Translations under genes and position numbers: made by a program
The notes under the pieces: generated by a model
Seen by the model: the letters and a program-made list of their open reading frames with translations, nothing else
Told to the model about the DNA's origin: nothing
Databases searched by the model: none
From: a virus
Taxonomy: Duplodnaviria; Caudoviricetes
DNA length: 64,000 nt
Virus record (IMG/VR): IMGVR_UViG_3300029288_000077
Coordinates: 32,001-96,000 of that record
Direction: 5' to 3' (one strand)
Shown: positions 52,710 through 62,260 of the stretch, piece after piece
Numbering within the stretch: the first letter of the stretch is position 1
How the letters are laid out: each line of letters begins with the position of its first letter

Positions 52710-53843
52710 ATGAAATTCAACCCGTACTTGGACAAGATGCAGGGCAAGGTCACCATTGACCGAAAAACTGGTGAACCCTTCAACCCGCTGAACTTCTCTG
52801 CAAAGAAGGATGACAGCGGCAAGCGCAAGGTGTCTGCTAGTGAGCGCCTGTTCAACAAGGACAACGAGCTGAACGCTTCCAGCAAGAAAGACGCGCTGCA
52901 GAAGATCGCTGCCCTGTTCGAGATGGTGCAGGACGGCGAGTTCGAAGTCGCCACTCAGCCTGAGGGCTTCAAGGTTGATGCTGCCGAGCAGGATGCCCTG
53001 CTCAAGCAGGCTTATGCCGACCCGTCTGGTGAGGGGTTTGCTAAGCTTGGTCAGCAGATGTTGACCGTGGTGCGCGAGGTCATCGACTACGAAGGCGTAA
53101 CCCGCAAGCTGTGGATGGATCGGCCGGTGAAGGCTGGCGAGACCATTCGGTACGACAAAGACGTGCATGTGGTGGCCTACGTCATCGGTGAAGATGGCGA
53201 GACTCCGCAGAGCGTGGTTGGTGGTAAGTACTTCTTCCCGCCCGAGTTCGAAGTGTCCGCTAACGTGTCCATCGAGCTGAAGGACCAGTACCGGTCGCAG
53301 TACAACATCCTTGAGCGTGCACAGGACAAGGCTCGCCAGGCCATTGAGTACCGCGAAGACCTGGCTGGTATTCGCCTGCTTCGTCGTGCATCCAACGTGG
53401 TTAACACCACCGTTGCGTTTGCTTCGATGAACCTGGGCGCGTTCGAGTCCCTGCGCTACCAGATCGAGCAGCACCGCCTCATGACTGCCGCTTTCCTGAT
53501 TCACCGTCAGGAAGTGTCCGACATCGTGAACGTGCTGACCGCACAGGTTGACCCAGTGACTCAGCGTGAGATCATCATGGCTGGGTACATCGGTCACATC
53601 CTGAATACCGCAGTCATCACCACTGCTGGTACTAACAACATGTACGAGATCCTGCAGCCTGGTGAAGTGTTTGCAGTGACTCTGCCTGAGTACCTGGGCG
53701 GCATCTCGCAACGCAGTGATCTCATGAGCGAGCCTTACACCGAGGCAGTGAACGGCAAGCCCCGGCGCGGGTTCTACTGGTGGGAGATGCTCTGCCTGGC
53801 ACTGATCAACGCCAAGGGCGTTGCCTACGGTCAGAAGATCTAA
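52710..53843 (+). CDS. Major capsid protein (HK97 fold)
   Basis: 377 aa; position; strongly biased codon usage; VREVIDYEGVTRK, PEFEV, AQDKARQAIEYRED. Confidence 0.85.
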   Translation: MKFNPYLDKMQGKVTIDRKTGEPFNPLNFSAKKDDSGKRKVSASERLFNKDNELNASSKKDALQKIAALFEMVQDGEFEVATQPEGFKVDAAEQDALLKQAYADPSGEGFAKLGQQMLTVVREVIDYEGVTRKLWMDRPVKAGETIRYDKDVHVVAYVIGEDGETPQSVVGGKYFFPPEFEVSANVSIELKDQYRSQYNILERAQDKARQAIEYREDLAGIRLLRRASNVVNTTVAFASMNLGAFESLRYQIEQHRLMTAAFLIHRQEVSDIVNVLTAQVDPVTQREIIMAGYIGHILNTAVITTAGTNNMYEILQPGEVFAVTLPEYLGGISQRSDLMSEPYTEAVNGKPRRGFYWWEMLCLALINAKGVAYGQKI

Positions 53844-53876
53844 CCACGAAACGAAAGGGTTGAAAGGAGAGAAATC

Positions 53877-54335
53877 ATGAATCTGAAACTAGCACGGCGT
53901 TACCTGGATTTTGCCGCCACTGAGATGGATCAGAAGGGTCACAAGGACCTGGCCGATCGCATCGACAAGCACGTCGAGCGGCTGGCTTCTGCCGATCAGC
54001 GGATGGTGGACCTGATCGTGCGCGATCTCAAGAAAATCGCTCGCGAGTCCAATCGGCGTGATCGTGGTGTGGATGAAGACGCCAGTGAGCGCACTGATGA
54101 GCGGCCTAGCCGACTGTCCGCTCTGCGGCGTCGGCTGGCACTCCGCAAACGTCTAGCTGCTCGTCGTGAGCCGCTGTCTGAGCGCCGGTTGGCTTCCCTT
54201 CGCAGTCGCCGCAAGGCGCGGATGGAAGAGTATGGCGACGACGGCGACGAGGATCGCAGCACCGCGAGTGATCGGCTGCGCCGGTCACGGTTGGCTCGCC
54301 GAATCCGCGCTCGCCGGGAACGTGACCTAGAATAA
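53877..54335 (+). CDS. Arg-rich basic protein, candidate DNA-condensing core protein
   Basis: RRRLALRKRLAARR...RRSRLARRIRARR; MCP-like codon bias; strong RBS. Confidence 0.65.
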   Translation: MNLKLARRYLDFAATEMDQKGHKDLADRIDKHVERLASADQRMVDLIVRDLKKIARESNRRDRGVDEDASERTDERPSRLSALRRRLALRKRLAARREPLSERRLASLRSRRKARMEEYGDDGDEDRSTASDRLRRSRLARRIRARRERDLE

Positions 54336-54353
54336 GCAGGTGTGGGATGGGAT

Positions 54354-54399
54354 TGCCCCACGGAGTGACTTCGTGTAATAGCACTCCGTGGGGCATTTT
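54354..54399 (+). terminator. Intrinsic terminator ending the capsid operon
   Basis: 14-bp stem TGCCCCACGGAGTG/CACTCCGTGGGGCA followed by TTTT. Confidence 0.8.
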
Positions 54400-54640
54400 C
54401 ATAAAAGGTGTTGAAATATGCACATAACAAGTAGTTCGGCAGAGTTTATGACACTGCTTGAAGATTTAGCACGACAGGTGAGAGATGCGCTTAGTCAGGC
54501 GCGTTTTGCTCAACGAGAAATGGAAGATGACATAATGGCGGCCGAAGACAACGGCGATACTGTAGCAGTAGATGAGTTGCGATTAGTACACGATGATTTC
54601 ACTACATTTATTAAAGGTTTGAGGAAAGCAGTAGAAATGT

Positions 54641-55486
54641 ATGACTCCAAGTGAGACAGCCACCAAAGTTAATAAAGTCATCCAATTACACAAGGATGAC
54701 TTCATTTACGAAAAGGTGTATTTTAATCCTATGTTCACTGCTGATTTGTACCGATTGGTACCAGAGTTAGAAGAGGAAGGCGTGATATCCCGTTTATATG
54801 AATCTGAAAATGAAGATGGTGTTACGTATAAAGGTGCCTTGAAGTATGGTACCAGTTTGCTGCATCTGGGTAAGATTAGGCTGGATGGGGAAGACATCAT
54901 AGTCGATGAGAAGTTGACTCCTATAAAAGCATTGGTAAAATGGATAGAATCGGTGTTGGAGGAGACTGAGGTAAAAGATATGATAGTAAAAGCGATAAAT
55001 ATTGTGTCTGTTGATAGACAAGAAAAATACTTAGATAGAGCTAAGACAATGATGCAGCAAATGAATGATATCATCAATTCTGGGAAATTGGGTGTAAAAG
55101 AATACGCAAAGCTAGAATCATTGAGTGCTAGGTTGTGGCACTCATTTGAAGACCTAAGACAGAACCTAGAATTGGTGGGTGGTCAAACAGTAATTCTATC
55201 CGTGAAAGTTAAAAGATCTGACTTATACGAAGTGGACGAATATCTTTCCAAAAATTATAGAAAATACCTTGTTTCAGCAGACACCACCTCAGTAAATCAA
55301 ACATTTATATTTATGGTACCACACACTGAGGCAGACAAACTCATAGATTCGGGGTACTTTGAAGACATGGTTGAAGAAATTTCCGAATTGCATTCTGTAG
55401 AAGCTATAGATTATGATTTTACAGATGAACCTAGATCTGAAAAGAACACCTTAAGAACAAACTGGGTAAAGGATTATGATATTTAG
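54641..55486 (+). CDS. Hypothetical protein with internal KAI tag (possible internal start at 54980)
   Basis: GAGGT RBS before in-frame MIVKAINIVS. Confidence 0.55.
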   Translation: MTPSETATKVNKVIQLHKDDFIYEKVYFNPMFTADLYRLVPELEEEGVISRLYESENEDGVTYKGALKYGTSLLHLGKIRLDGEDIIVDEKLTPIKALVKWIESVLEETEVKDMIVKAINIVSVDRQEKYLDRAKTMMQQMNDIINSGKLGVKEYAKLESLSARLWHSFEDLRQNLELVGGQTVILSVKVKRSDLYEVDEYLSKNYRKYLVSADTTSVNQTFIFMVPHTEADKLIDSGYFEDMVEEISELHSVEAIDYDFTDEPRSEKNTLRTNWVKDYDI

Positions 55487-55553
55487 TAATACTTTACAAT
55501 TGAACGTGACTTTTTAAAAATAGAAAATGATGATGAATTCTAAAACGTGAAAG

Positions 55554-55967
55554 GTGAAAGCCATGATAGTGAAAGCGATAGAAGTACTGAGCATATGTAA
55601 AACTGCAAAGAAATTTACAGTTTATGTTTTTCATACTCGTGGTGATATCTATCCAGAACATGAAGAAGAAGTACAAGCCACAAATCTTGAAAGTGCATGT
55701 AAACAGGTTTCTGATAAATTTGGTTATAAATGGATAGGAAAATCAAAAGGTAATTATGGATTTTTTGCCGTAGATGTTGATTATTTCAATGAATGGCACG
55801 GTAAATATCACGATACACGCAAAAATAAAAAAGAAGATTTAGAAAAGGAACTAAATGAATCTATAGAAACAATAAAATCCGGCAGAGACGATGAATTTCG
55901 TGGTTTGATGTGTCTTTGTGATGATTACAATGCCTATGGTGCCAATGAAGAAGACGACGATGACTAA
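55554..55967 (+). CDS. Putative internal virion protein (KAI tag)
   Basis: MKAMIVKAIEVLS. Confidence 0.6.
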   Translation: MKAMIVKAIEVLSICKTAKKFTVYVFHTRGDIYPEHEEEVQATNLESACKQVSDKFGYKWIGKSKGNYGFFAVDVDYFNEWHGKYHDTRKNKKEDLEKELNESIETIKSGRDDEFRGLMCLCDDYNAYGANEEDDDD

Positions 55968-56002
55968 ATAGTTTTTAGTGATACTTTACAATTGACTCGA
56001 AA

Positions 56003-57241
56003 ATGGTAACATTGTTGGCAGTGTTTTTGTCTCATAAAATACGTCTTTATCCAAATGACAAACAGGTGTCTTACCTGAAACGTGCTTGTGGTATCAAGCG
56101 TTTTGCTTATAATTGGGCGTTAGCTGAGTCTAGAAAACTATATGAGCAAGGCATAAAAACTTCCGGTTACGATCTCAGTAAACGATTTAACGCAATAAAA
56201 CGGGAACAGTTTCCTTTCGTACTAGAAGTATCAAAATGGGTGTCTCAAAAAGCCATTTATGATCTTGAAGACGCTTACAAAAATTGGTGGAGTAAACGTG
56301 CGCGTGCCCCCAAATTCAAGAAAAAAGGTAAGTGCAAAGATAGTTTTTATCTGGCCAATGATGCAACAAAAACTGTTGAGCACAGAATTTATATTTCTAA
56401 GTGTGGGTGGGTGCGCATGTCTCAGTCTTTGCGTTTTCCTGGTCACGTGATGTCTGTAGTAATTTCAAGTGAATATGCTAAGTGGCATGCTTCTATCCAA
56501 GTGGAATTGGACGGCACCTGGTCTTGTCCTCATACTTGCAAAACCCAAGCAGTGTGTGGATTGGACATGGGTGTACGTGACTTAGTGGTATTAGATGATG
56601 GCACTAAGTACTTAGCCCCTAGGAGTCTGCGTAAGTCCGAGAAAAAGTTGAAGAGACTGAATCGTGTAGTCTCAAGGAGGGTAAAAGGATCAAACCGTAG
56701 GAAGAAAGCTGTGCATATACTAAGTAGAGTCCATGAGAAAGTGACTAACATACGCAAGGACTGTATACATAAGATCACTGCTAAACTAGTAGAAGACTAC
56801 CGTATCATAGGTATGGAAGATTTGAACGTCAAGGGTATGATCAAAAATCATCACTTGGCCAAGTCTGTGTCTGATGCTGCGTTTGGTACAGTCAAAAGCC
56901 AATTGGAGTACAAGACTGAGCTGTCAGGATCAGTATTAGTCAAAGCAGATCGCTTTTACCCATCGAGTAAGATGTGTTCAAACTGTGGACATGTCTTAGA
57001 CACTTTGCCGTTGCGTATACGTGTTTGGACTTGTCCTGGGTGCGGTGCAGTACATGATCGTGATGTCAATGCTGCTAAAAATTTACTAAATGTCGCCTTA
57101 AGGTATAAGGAGACTGTAAACGCTCGTGGAGTAGAAAGCTCTGGTACTGGTGATTTTACTAGTACGAAACTGTCTACTGTGAAGCGAGTACCCGGCAGCC
57201 GCAGACCAACGGTGGTTTCGGTTCAAGTCCGGGGTTCCTAA
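56003..57241 (+). mobile_element. tnpB: Solo TnpB RNA-guided endonuclease (IS200/IS605/IS607-related); no transposase adjacent; real start may be 56021
   Basis: HKIRLYP HTH; RuvC GLDMG, MEDL and DRDVNAA; Zn finger CSNC/CPGC; structured 3' end. Confidence 0.93.
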
Positions 57242-57252
57242 AGGAGAGAAAG

Positions 57253-57876
57253 ATGAAGCAAGTAACCATGCCCAAGCGCCTAACCCTCAAGTACCTACTC
57301 GATAACAAGTTGCCGGTATGGGTACAGAACATGACCGGTCGTGGGTGGATCCCTTCTGGTGGTCGTAAGGCCGTGCCGTGCCTTATTACCATTCAGATTG
57401 GGACTGGTGACACCCGAGACAAGATGTGGATTCCGCCTGGTGCTGATCCTGTGTGCTTGACCGACCAAGCCGACATGGACACACTTCGCACCAGCCGCGA
57501 TCTCTTCAAGGCTATTGACAAGGGTGCGCTGGTGTTGCTGAATCCAGAAGAGGCTGACAAGTACTACGATGAAAATGACACCCGCCGCGAAGCTTTGAAC
57601 CGCAAGCTGCATGCACTTCAGACCGAGGAAAAGTTGGATGGTGTGGCGGTCAGTGACGTGGGGTCCATCATTGAAGACGTGTCTATCGATGACTCTTTGT
57701 TGAACATGTGCCTGGGTCTGAAGCACGGCACTGTCAAGGAGTCTGATGCCCTTGAAATGGTGATGGAGCGTTCACCTTCTTACTCTCTGAACGACCTGAA
57801 TTATTTGTCAGCGAATGGAAAGTTTGATTCGATCAAGAAGGTGGCGCAGCACGAGATAGACAAGCGTGACAAGTAA
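57253..57876 (+). CDS. Hypothetical protein of the head module
   Basis: AAGGAG RBS; capsid-like codon bias. Confidence 0.6.
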   Translation: MKQVTMPKRLTLKYLLDNKLPVWVQNMTGRGWIPSGGRKAVPCLITIQIGTGDTRDKMWIPPGADPVCLTDQADMDTLRTSRDLFKAIDKGALVLLNPEEADKYYDENDTRREALNRKLHALQTEEKLDGVAVSDVGSIIEDVSIDDSLLNMCLGLKHGTVKESDALEMVMERSPSYSLNDLNYLSANGKFDSIKKVAQHEIDKRDK

Positions 57877-57878
57877 TA

Positions 57879-58187
57879 CTACTTTTTGGTGCAGCACCCG
57901 TCATCGAAGTAAAACCCGTCATCAGCTAAGAACTTCGCATCCTCTGCCGTATCCAGCAACGTTTCGAGGTATCTGCACAACTGCCTAGAAGTTTTTGCTT
58001 CTCCCACGTTCTTGGAGGCTAATACCAGCATTTTCGTCAGCTTCTCGACAGTGGACAAGGTTTCTTGCCGGTCTGCGAGGGCATTGTGAAATACTACCTC
58101 AAACTGCTCGGCGGCATTTTTGGCAGCCGATGCTTTGGAGAATTCTACCTGCGCTGTGTGCATCATATCTGACAGTTTCTTTAGCAT
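57879..58187 (-). CDS. Hypothetical helical protein
   Basis: ORF in the minus-strand island. Confidence 0.55.
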   Translation of the reverse strand: MLKKLSDMMHTAQVEFSKASAAKNAAEQFEVVFHNALADRQETLSTVEKLTKMLVLASKNVGEAKTSRQLCRYLETLLDTAEDAKFLADDGFYFDDGCCTKK

Positions 58188-58204
58188 AGTGTGTCTCTTT
58201 TTGT

Positions 58205-58456
58205 CTAGGCCAAGCCATCTCTGCCGAGCCTGATATCTTCAATCTTCATCAAAGCTTCCAGGTGTGTGTTCAGAGCGCGCTTGGCGGCTGCTACGGATTC
58301 GAACTCACCCAACCAACACCCGTCTGATCCCTGTGCCACACACGGTTCATGTCCTGCTTCGATGGCTGTCTTGTACAGTATCAGGATCAGACACTCTTGA
58401 AAACTCCCGTGCTTTCCGATCCACCTGCTGCCAAATTTGGTCCACTGATAGCCCAT
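58205..58456 (-). CDS. Hypothetical protein
   Basis: AAGGAG RBS on the minus strand. Confidence 0.6.
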   Translation of the reverse strand: MGYQWTKFGSRWIGKHGSFQECLILILYKTAIEAGHEPCVAQGSDGCWLGEFESVAAAKRALNTHLEALMKIEDIRLGRDGLA

Positions 58457-58480
58457 ACTAATGCTCCTTTGTTAGGACGT

Positions 58481-58591
58481 TTAGCAGCAGCACCGCACCA
58501 CAGCAACGGTGATCGCCGCTACGATGATTGCGTCCGCGATCTTGGCCCACCAAGGCATGATGGCCCACGTCATCTTGATCCTCTTCCACAT
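58481..58591 (-). CDS. 36-aa membrane peptide ending RCCC
   Basis: AGGAGG RBS; MWKRIKMTWAIMPWWAKIADAIIVAAITVAVVRCCC; behind a consensus promoter. Confidence 0.55.
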   Translation of the reverse strand: MWKRIKMTWAIMPWWAKIADAIIVAAITVAVVRCCC

Positions 58592-58609
58592 TGAACGCCT
58601 CCTACGAAT

Positions 58610-58638
58610 ATTATACCACGTTTATTATACTCAGTCAA
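58610..58638 (-). promoter_or_regulatory. Near-consensus sigma70 promoter
   Basis: TTGACT-N17-TATAAT with extended -10 TG on the minus strand. Confidence 0.75.
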
Positions 58639-58662
58639 TGTACGCGCATGTATGATATGTGA

Positions 58663-58839
58663 CTACCAGTAGTCTGCCAGGTTACTCCAAGAAACGCGCA
58701 CAGTGTCTTGCTCATAAGCACCGTTCACTAGTTTGCGCAGGAACTTGAGGAACACCTCTTCCGTGGGGGCGGTGAGTACCACCACTTCATTGACCTTGCC
58801 GTCCCTGTCCAGTACCATAATCGTGCACGTGGTCTTCAT
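58663..58839 (-). CDS. 58-aa hypothetical protein
   Basis: AAGGAG RBS; MKTTCTIMVLDRDG... Confidence 0.55.
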   Translation of the reverse strand: MKTTCTIMVLDRDGKVNEVVVLTAPTEEVFLKFLRKLVNGAYEQDTVRVSWSNLADYW

Positions 58840-58996
58840 TTGGAGATCTCCTTTTCGTTATCCATCAAAAATAAAGACGCATGAGAGGTGTTGTTCCTGA
58901 CATCTAAATTTATGCTTATTTGTGTCTGATGAATTTTAATTGAACGTGTGTGTTGTATAGTATCATAATCGCAGGATCACGAACAGGGGTATAAAT

Positions 58997-59704
58997 ATGC
59001 TAAAGAAGGCAACTTTTGGTAATGAGAAAAACGCATTTTACGAGTTTTCTAACAAAGTGAATTGGGCCATTTTTTGGAGAGAGCAGGGTGGTTGCCGAGA
59101 CACCATTAAAAAGTGGGCAGAAAAGACAGGCATAGTTGATCCAGGTGCCTGGTACGAATGCCTACACGCATTCCTGTTTGGACACTGGAACAGCTCGGAA
59201 CCCATTCGTCGCCCCTCGAAAGTACCAATCAAGGTGGCCACCAAACACAAGTTCAGTGAATTTTTGAAGCAGGCTGCTGAAAACCACCAAGAGTCACCTA
59301 AGCCAAATAGTTGGTACATAAATTACGGAATGACCAAGGATGCGTATGTGTCTGCCTTGGAAAGATCTTCCGACATCCCTGAGGAACAGGCGGCCATCTC
59401 CTATTTAAATACTAAGTGTCTGAGTCTTGGACACCAACTTTTTGAGGAGTACCTGTTAACTTTGGTGCCTGTAGACGAGGAGATGAAACAAACTGCTTCT
59501 AGGCTTCGCAAAAAGGCGGCTGTGTTAGAGAGAAAAGCTAGTATAGTACAATCATTTAAGAAGGGTGACAAAGTAAAGTATGTACTGCTGCAAAACAAGA
59601 CACTCGAAGTGCAAGGCACCGTAGAGGGTGCTGTAATAGGGCGCGACACAAACAATGGCTCACTTTCCTACGTCGAAGACGTGTGGAATCTTGAAAGGGT
59701 GTAA
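58997..59704 (+). CDS. Hypothetical putative virion protein
   Basis: MLKKAT start; several KxA sites. Confidence 0.5.
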   Translation: MLKKATFGNEKNAFYEFSNKVNWAIFWREQGGCRDTIKKWAEKTGIVDPGAWYECLHAFLFGHWNSSEPIRRPSKVPIKVATKHKFSEFLKQAAENHQESPKPNSWYINYGMTKDAYVSALERSSDIPEEQAAISYLNTKCLSLGHQLFEEYLLTLVPVDEEMKQTASRLRKKAAVLERKASIVQSFKKGDKVKYVLLQNKTLEVQGTVEGAVIGRDTNNGSLSYVEDVWNLERV

Positions 59705-59705
59705 C

Positions 59706-60380
59706 ATGGACAAGCATGCTGATTTCATGGAACCTCAAATAACCGACAGAAGAGAGTGGTTAGTAATTGATGGTCCTCAGGGGTCTGAGTATCTGGACTT
59801 AGACGATATTGACCCAGGCGCAGCGCACAGCCTGGTACGTGCAGTAGAATTGCATGATCCTCAAAGTCCAGAAGACAGAGTAGCTCTAAGTGAAAGTTTT
59901 CCGGAGCTAAAGGATTATTTTAGAAATGATAAAGTTTGGGAGGCGGAGATAATAACTGGTTATGGTGCTAGACTGTCAGCATCAGGGTACTTAGATCGCA
60001 CCGAGTGGGTTGTGTTTGATACTCCAGAAGAGGCCGAAGCTTTCCTAGAAGAAATGTACGGTGACGACGATTTTGATGAAGAGGCGTGTGAGTATAAAGC
60101 CTCAAGACACATTGCCAGCAAGTTAGATAAGGAGTTTGAAAAAGCGCAACAATTGTTGAAGGATGCCAAGGTACAGTTAAGAGAGTGTGCAAAGGTATTT
60201 ACATCTCTAAGTAATGATTTAGGTGTGCGAGTAGATGCTCTGGATGCAGTCACAAGACATGATGACAATATTGAAGATGGCAGTAAGTACATTAAATTGT
60301 TGGATAAACTAGATAAACTGCATGGGGAAGTAGAAATGGCAGTGGCGTACGTTGAGGCAGCTTCAGAAGCTGCAAAATAA
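59706..60380 (+). CDS. Acidic putative virion protein
   Basis: MDKHADF start; GYGARLSASGYLDRTEW; YKAS/HIAS junction. Confidence 0.55.
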   Translation: MDKHADFMEPQITDRREWLVIDGPQGSEYLDLDDIDPGAAHSLVRAVELHDPQSPEDRVALSESFPELKDYFRNDKVWEAEIITGYGARLSASGYLDRTEWVVFDTPEEAEAFLEEMYGDDDFDEEACEYKASRHIASKLDKEFEKAQQLLKDAKVQLRECAKVFTSLSNDLGVRVDALDAVTRHDDNIEDGSKYIKLLDKLDKLHGEVEMAVAYVEAASEAAK

Positions 60381-60389
60381 GGTTGTGTA

Positions 60390-61250
60390 TTGAACGATCT
60401 GACTGAATTAGCTATTTTTCGTACAGGACAAACCGGTGTAATAACCTGGTTTGTTAAGAACCATACTACCGGTGACTTGATAGATCTAGGATCTGGTAGT
60501 CGGTTTAGTATGATTGACATAGATAGCAATGTGGAAGTGTTGTCCGAGAATCTAGGTCCCTTGGGTGGTGCTCTTGTAACTAGAGCTGCAGAAGGTACCT
60601 ATCAGTTCTCCGTTGATACTTCTGTTTACCCTGGCAGCTACATAGCTGGTATTTACTGTGTAGTGCCTGGTGAAACTTTCAATGTAAACACTTTCTTCAA
60701 GTCCGTGTCTGCTAAACAGTTTGCTTATGCTGCACAACTGAGGATGACCGTAGATAAAGCAAACAAATCGATGGTGGATTATATAGCTAATATGGATCGT
60801 CCTGCTGGTCCGCCCATTTTGTTGAAGTACGGGTATTCAGACGAGGCGTTAATATATTACATGGAGCGCGGTACGCAGCTAATCAATGCAGTCCCTCCTT
60901 ACACCGCACTAATAGTAGATACATTTCCATTTAGTATCTTTGGTAACATATTGATTGATGCAGCTACCATAGCCACATTGGAAGCACAGGGTATTTTTGC
61001 TATTGACACTGACTTTGATTATGCCTTTGGTGGAAACAGTATGGTCATAGATCACTTTACTAAGCTAAGTGCTTTTGTGCAAAATTTGCTTGGACGATTT
61101 AAGGATGAAGTGTCTGCTTTCAAAAAGCAGTACCTTACCAAGGGTATGGTGTTATACCAATTCCTGCCTGGTGGCATTCGTGACTTGCGGTACTTGTCTG
61201 CTATGCCAGATGGATTCTGGTCAAGACTGTTCAGTGTATCATTCGGGTGA
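60390..61250 (+). CDS. Putative head-tail adaptor/neck protein
   Basis: YSDEALIYY...INAVPPYT...DFDYAFGG; position after the head genes. Confidence 0.6.
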   Translation: MNDLTELAIFRTGQTGVITWFVKNHTTGDLIDLGSGSRFSMIDIDSNVEVLSENLGPLGGALVTRAAEGTYQFSVDTSVYPGSYIAGIYCVVPGETFNVNTFFKSVSAKQFAYAAQLRMTVDKANKSMVDYIANMDRPAGPPILLKYGYSDEALIYYMERGTQLINAVPPYTALIVDTFPFSIFGNILIDAATIATLEAQGIFAIDTDFDYAFGGNSMVIDHFTKLSAFVQNLLGRFKDEVSAFKKQYLTKGMVLYQFLPGGIRDLRYLSAMPDGFWSRLFSVSFG

Positions 61251-61495
61251 TAAATATGGTTGAGAAGAAGACCAACAAGACCTTTGTGACCAATGACTTT
61301 TCTATGTCAGCATATTTATTTATGCGAGGAAAACACTTGGTAAAGGCTTCGAAAGATGGGGCCACATTCAGATTTGAATTTGTAGATGATGGAGAAATAG
61401 AATCACTGACCATGGAATACATACATTCGGAGAGTTCCAAGTTTGATGATGCAGTGCGAAAAATCAAAAAGATCATCTATGGTACGAAAGGATAA
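61247..61495 (+). CDS. DUF5659-like small protein
   Basis: FVTNDFSMSAYL...FRFEF. Confidence 0.55.
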   Translation: MINMVEKKTNKTFVTNDFSMSAYLFMRGKHLVKASKDGATFRFEFVDDGEIESLTMEYIHSESSKFDDAVRKIKKIIYGTKG

Positions 61496-61500
61496 ATAAT

Positions 61501-61926
61501 ATGGCTCACAACTCGTGGGGTAATTTTCAAGTAGCTACCGTCACGGTTGAACCGGGTGGTTATGTAGATGTGTTTCCTATACGGTCCAACACTGTTTACA
61601 AAAACGTGTCTGTTGGTGTGATACCACTAGATGATCATATCACTTACAAGCACGCTGTTGGCATTTATATGTATGAAGAGTTAGAAGAGTCACATATATA
61701 TAATGACGACAGCAAACACATTTCATTTATGACATTGCCAGATAAGATCTTTCCTCCAAATGTAGGATTAAAAACAAACCCAGAAATGGTCCGGGCTGCT
61801 TTATATGAACCTGCCTTGAACGTAATAAAGATTCGTATAGCAAATGCTGAGGCTGAGACGAGGCATTTCCAGGTGTATGGTACATTTGAATGCCTTGATA
61901 CTGTCATGAAAGCTGTAGGTAAGTAA
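61501..61926 (+). CDS. Beta-rich putative structural protein
   Basis: Composition and position. Confidence 0.45.
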   Translation: MAHNSWGNFQVATVTVEPGGYVDVFPIRSNTVYKNVSVGVIPLDDHITYKHAVGIYMYEELEESHIYNDDSKHISFMTLPDKIFPPNVGLKTNPEMVRAALYEPALNVIKIRIANAEAETRHFQVYGTFECLDTVMKAVGK

Positions 61927-61927
61927 C

Positions 61928-62260
61928 ATGATAAATCACTATAAGTGGGGCCTGCAAGACGGACAAGCAGATCCAGACAGCGGAAGTGGTGTGCCTGCTG
62001 GTTCTGATTATGGTGCTCCAGAGGTGTTTACTGGTGCTTTAGCAGGAGATGTCACACTTACGTTTACGCGAGCCACCAAGTCTGTGACTATACACAATAC
62101 GCATGATTCAGAGCACTTGGAGGCGTCTTTGGATGGTGGGTTAACTTGGATTGACTTTGGGCCGTATGGTGAGCGTACCTATGATGTTAGCATACAGCAA
62201 CTTATGTTAAGACTGGTAGCTGGCAATAGTTCCTATGCTGTGGTTGGGGTGTTGTCATGA
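61928..62260 (+). CDS. Small beta-rich putative structural protein
   Basis: VTIHN...LEASLDGG.TW. Confidence 0.5.
   Translation: MINHYKWGLQDGQADPDSGSGVPAGSDYGAPEVFTGALAGDVTLTFTRATKSVTIHNTHDSEHLEASLDGGLTWIDFGPYGERTYDVSIQQLMLRLVAGNSSYAVVGVLS

Noticed and set aside
52479-53711. 410-aa minus-strand ORF
   Set aside because: Antisense shadow of the codon-biased capsid gene; the same applies to 51024..51752 and 53996..54430
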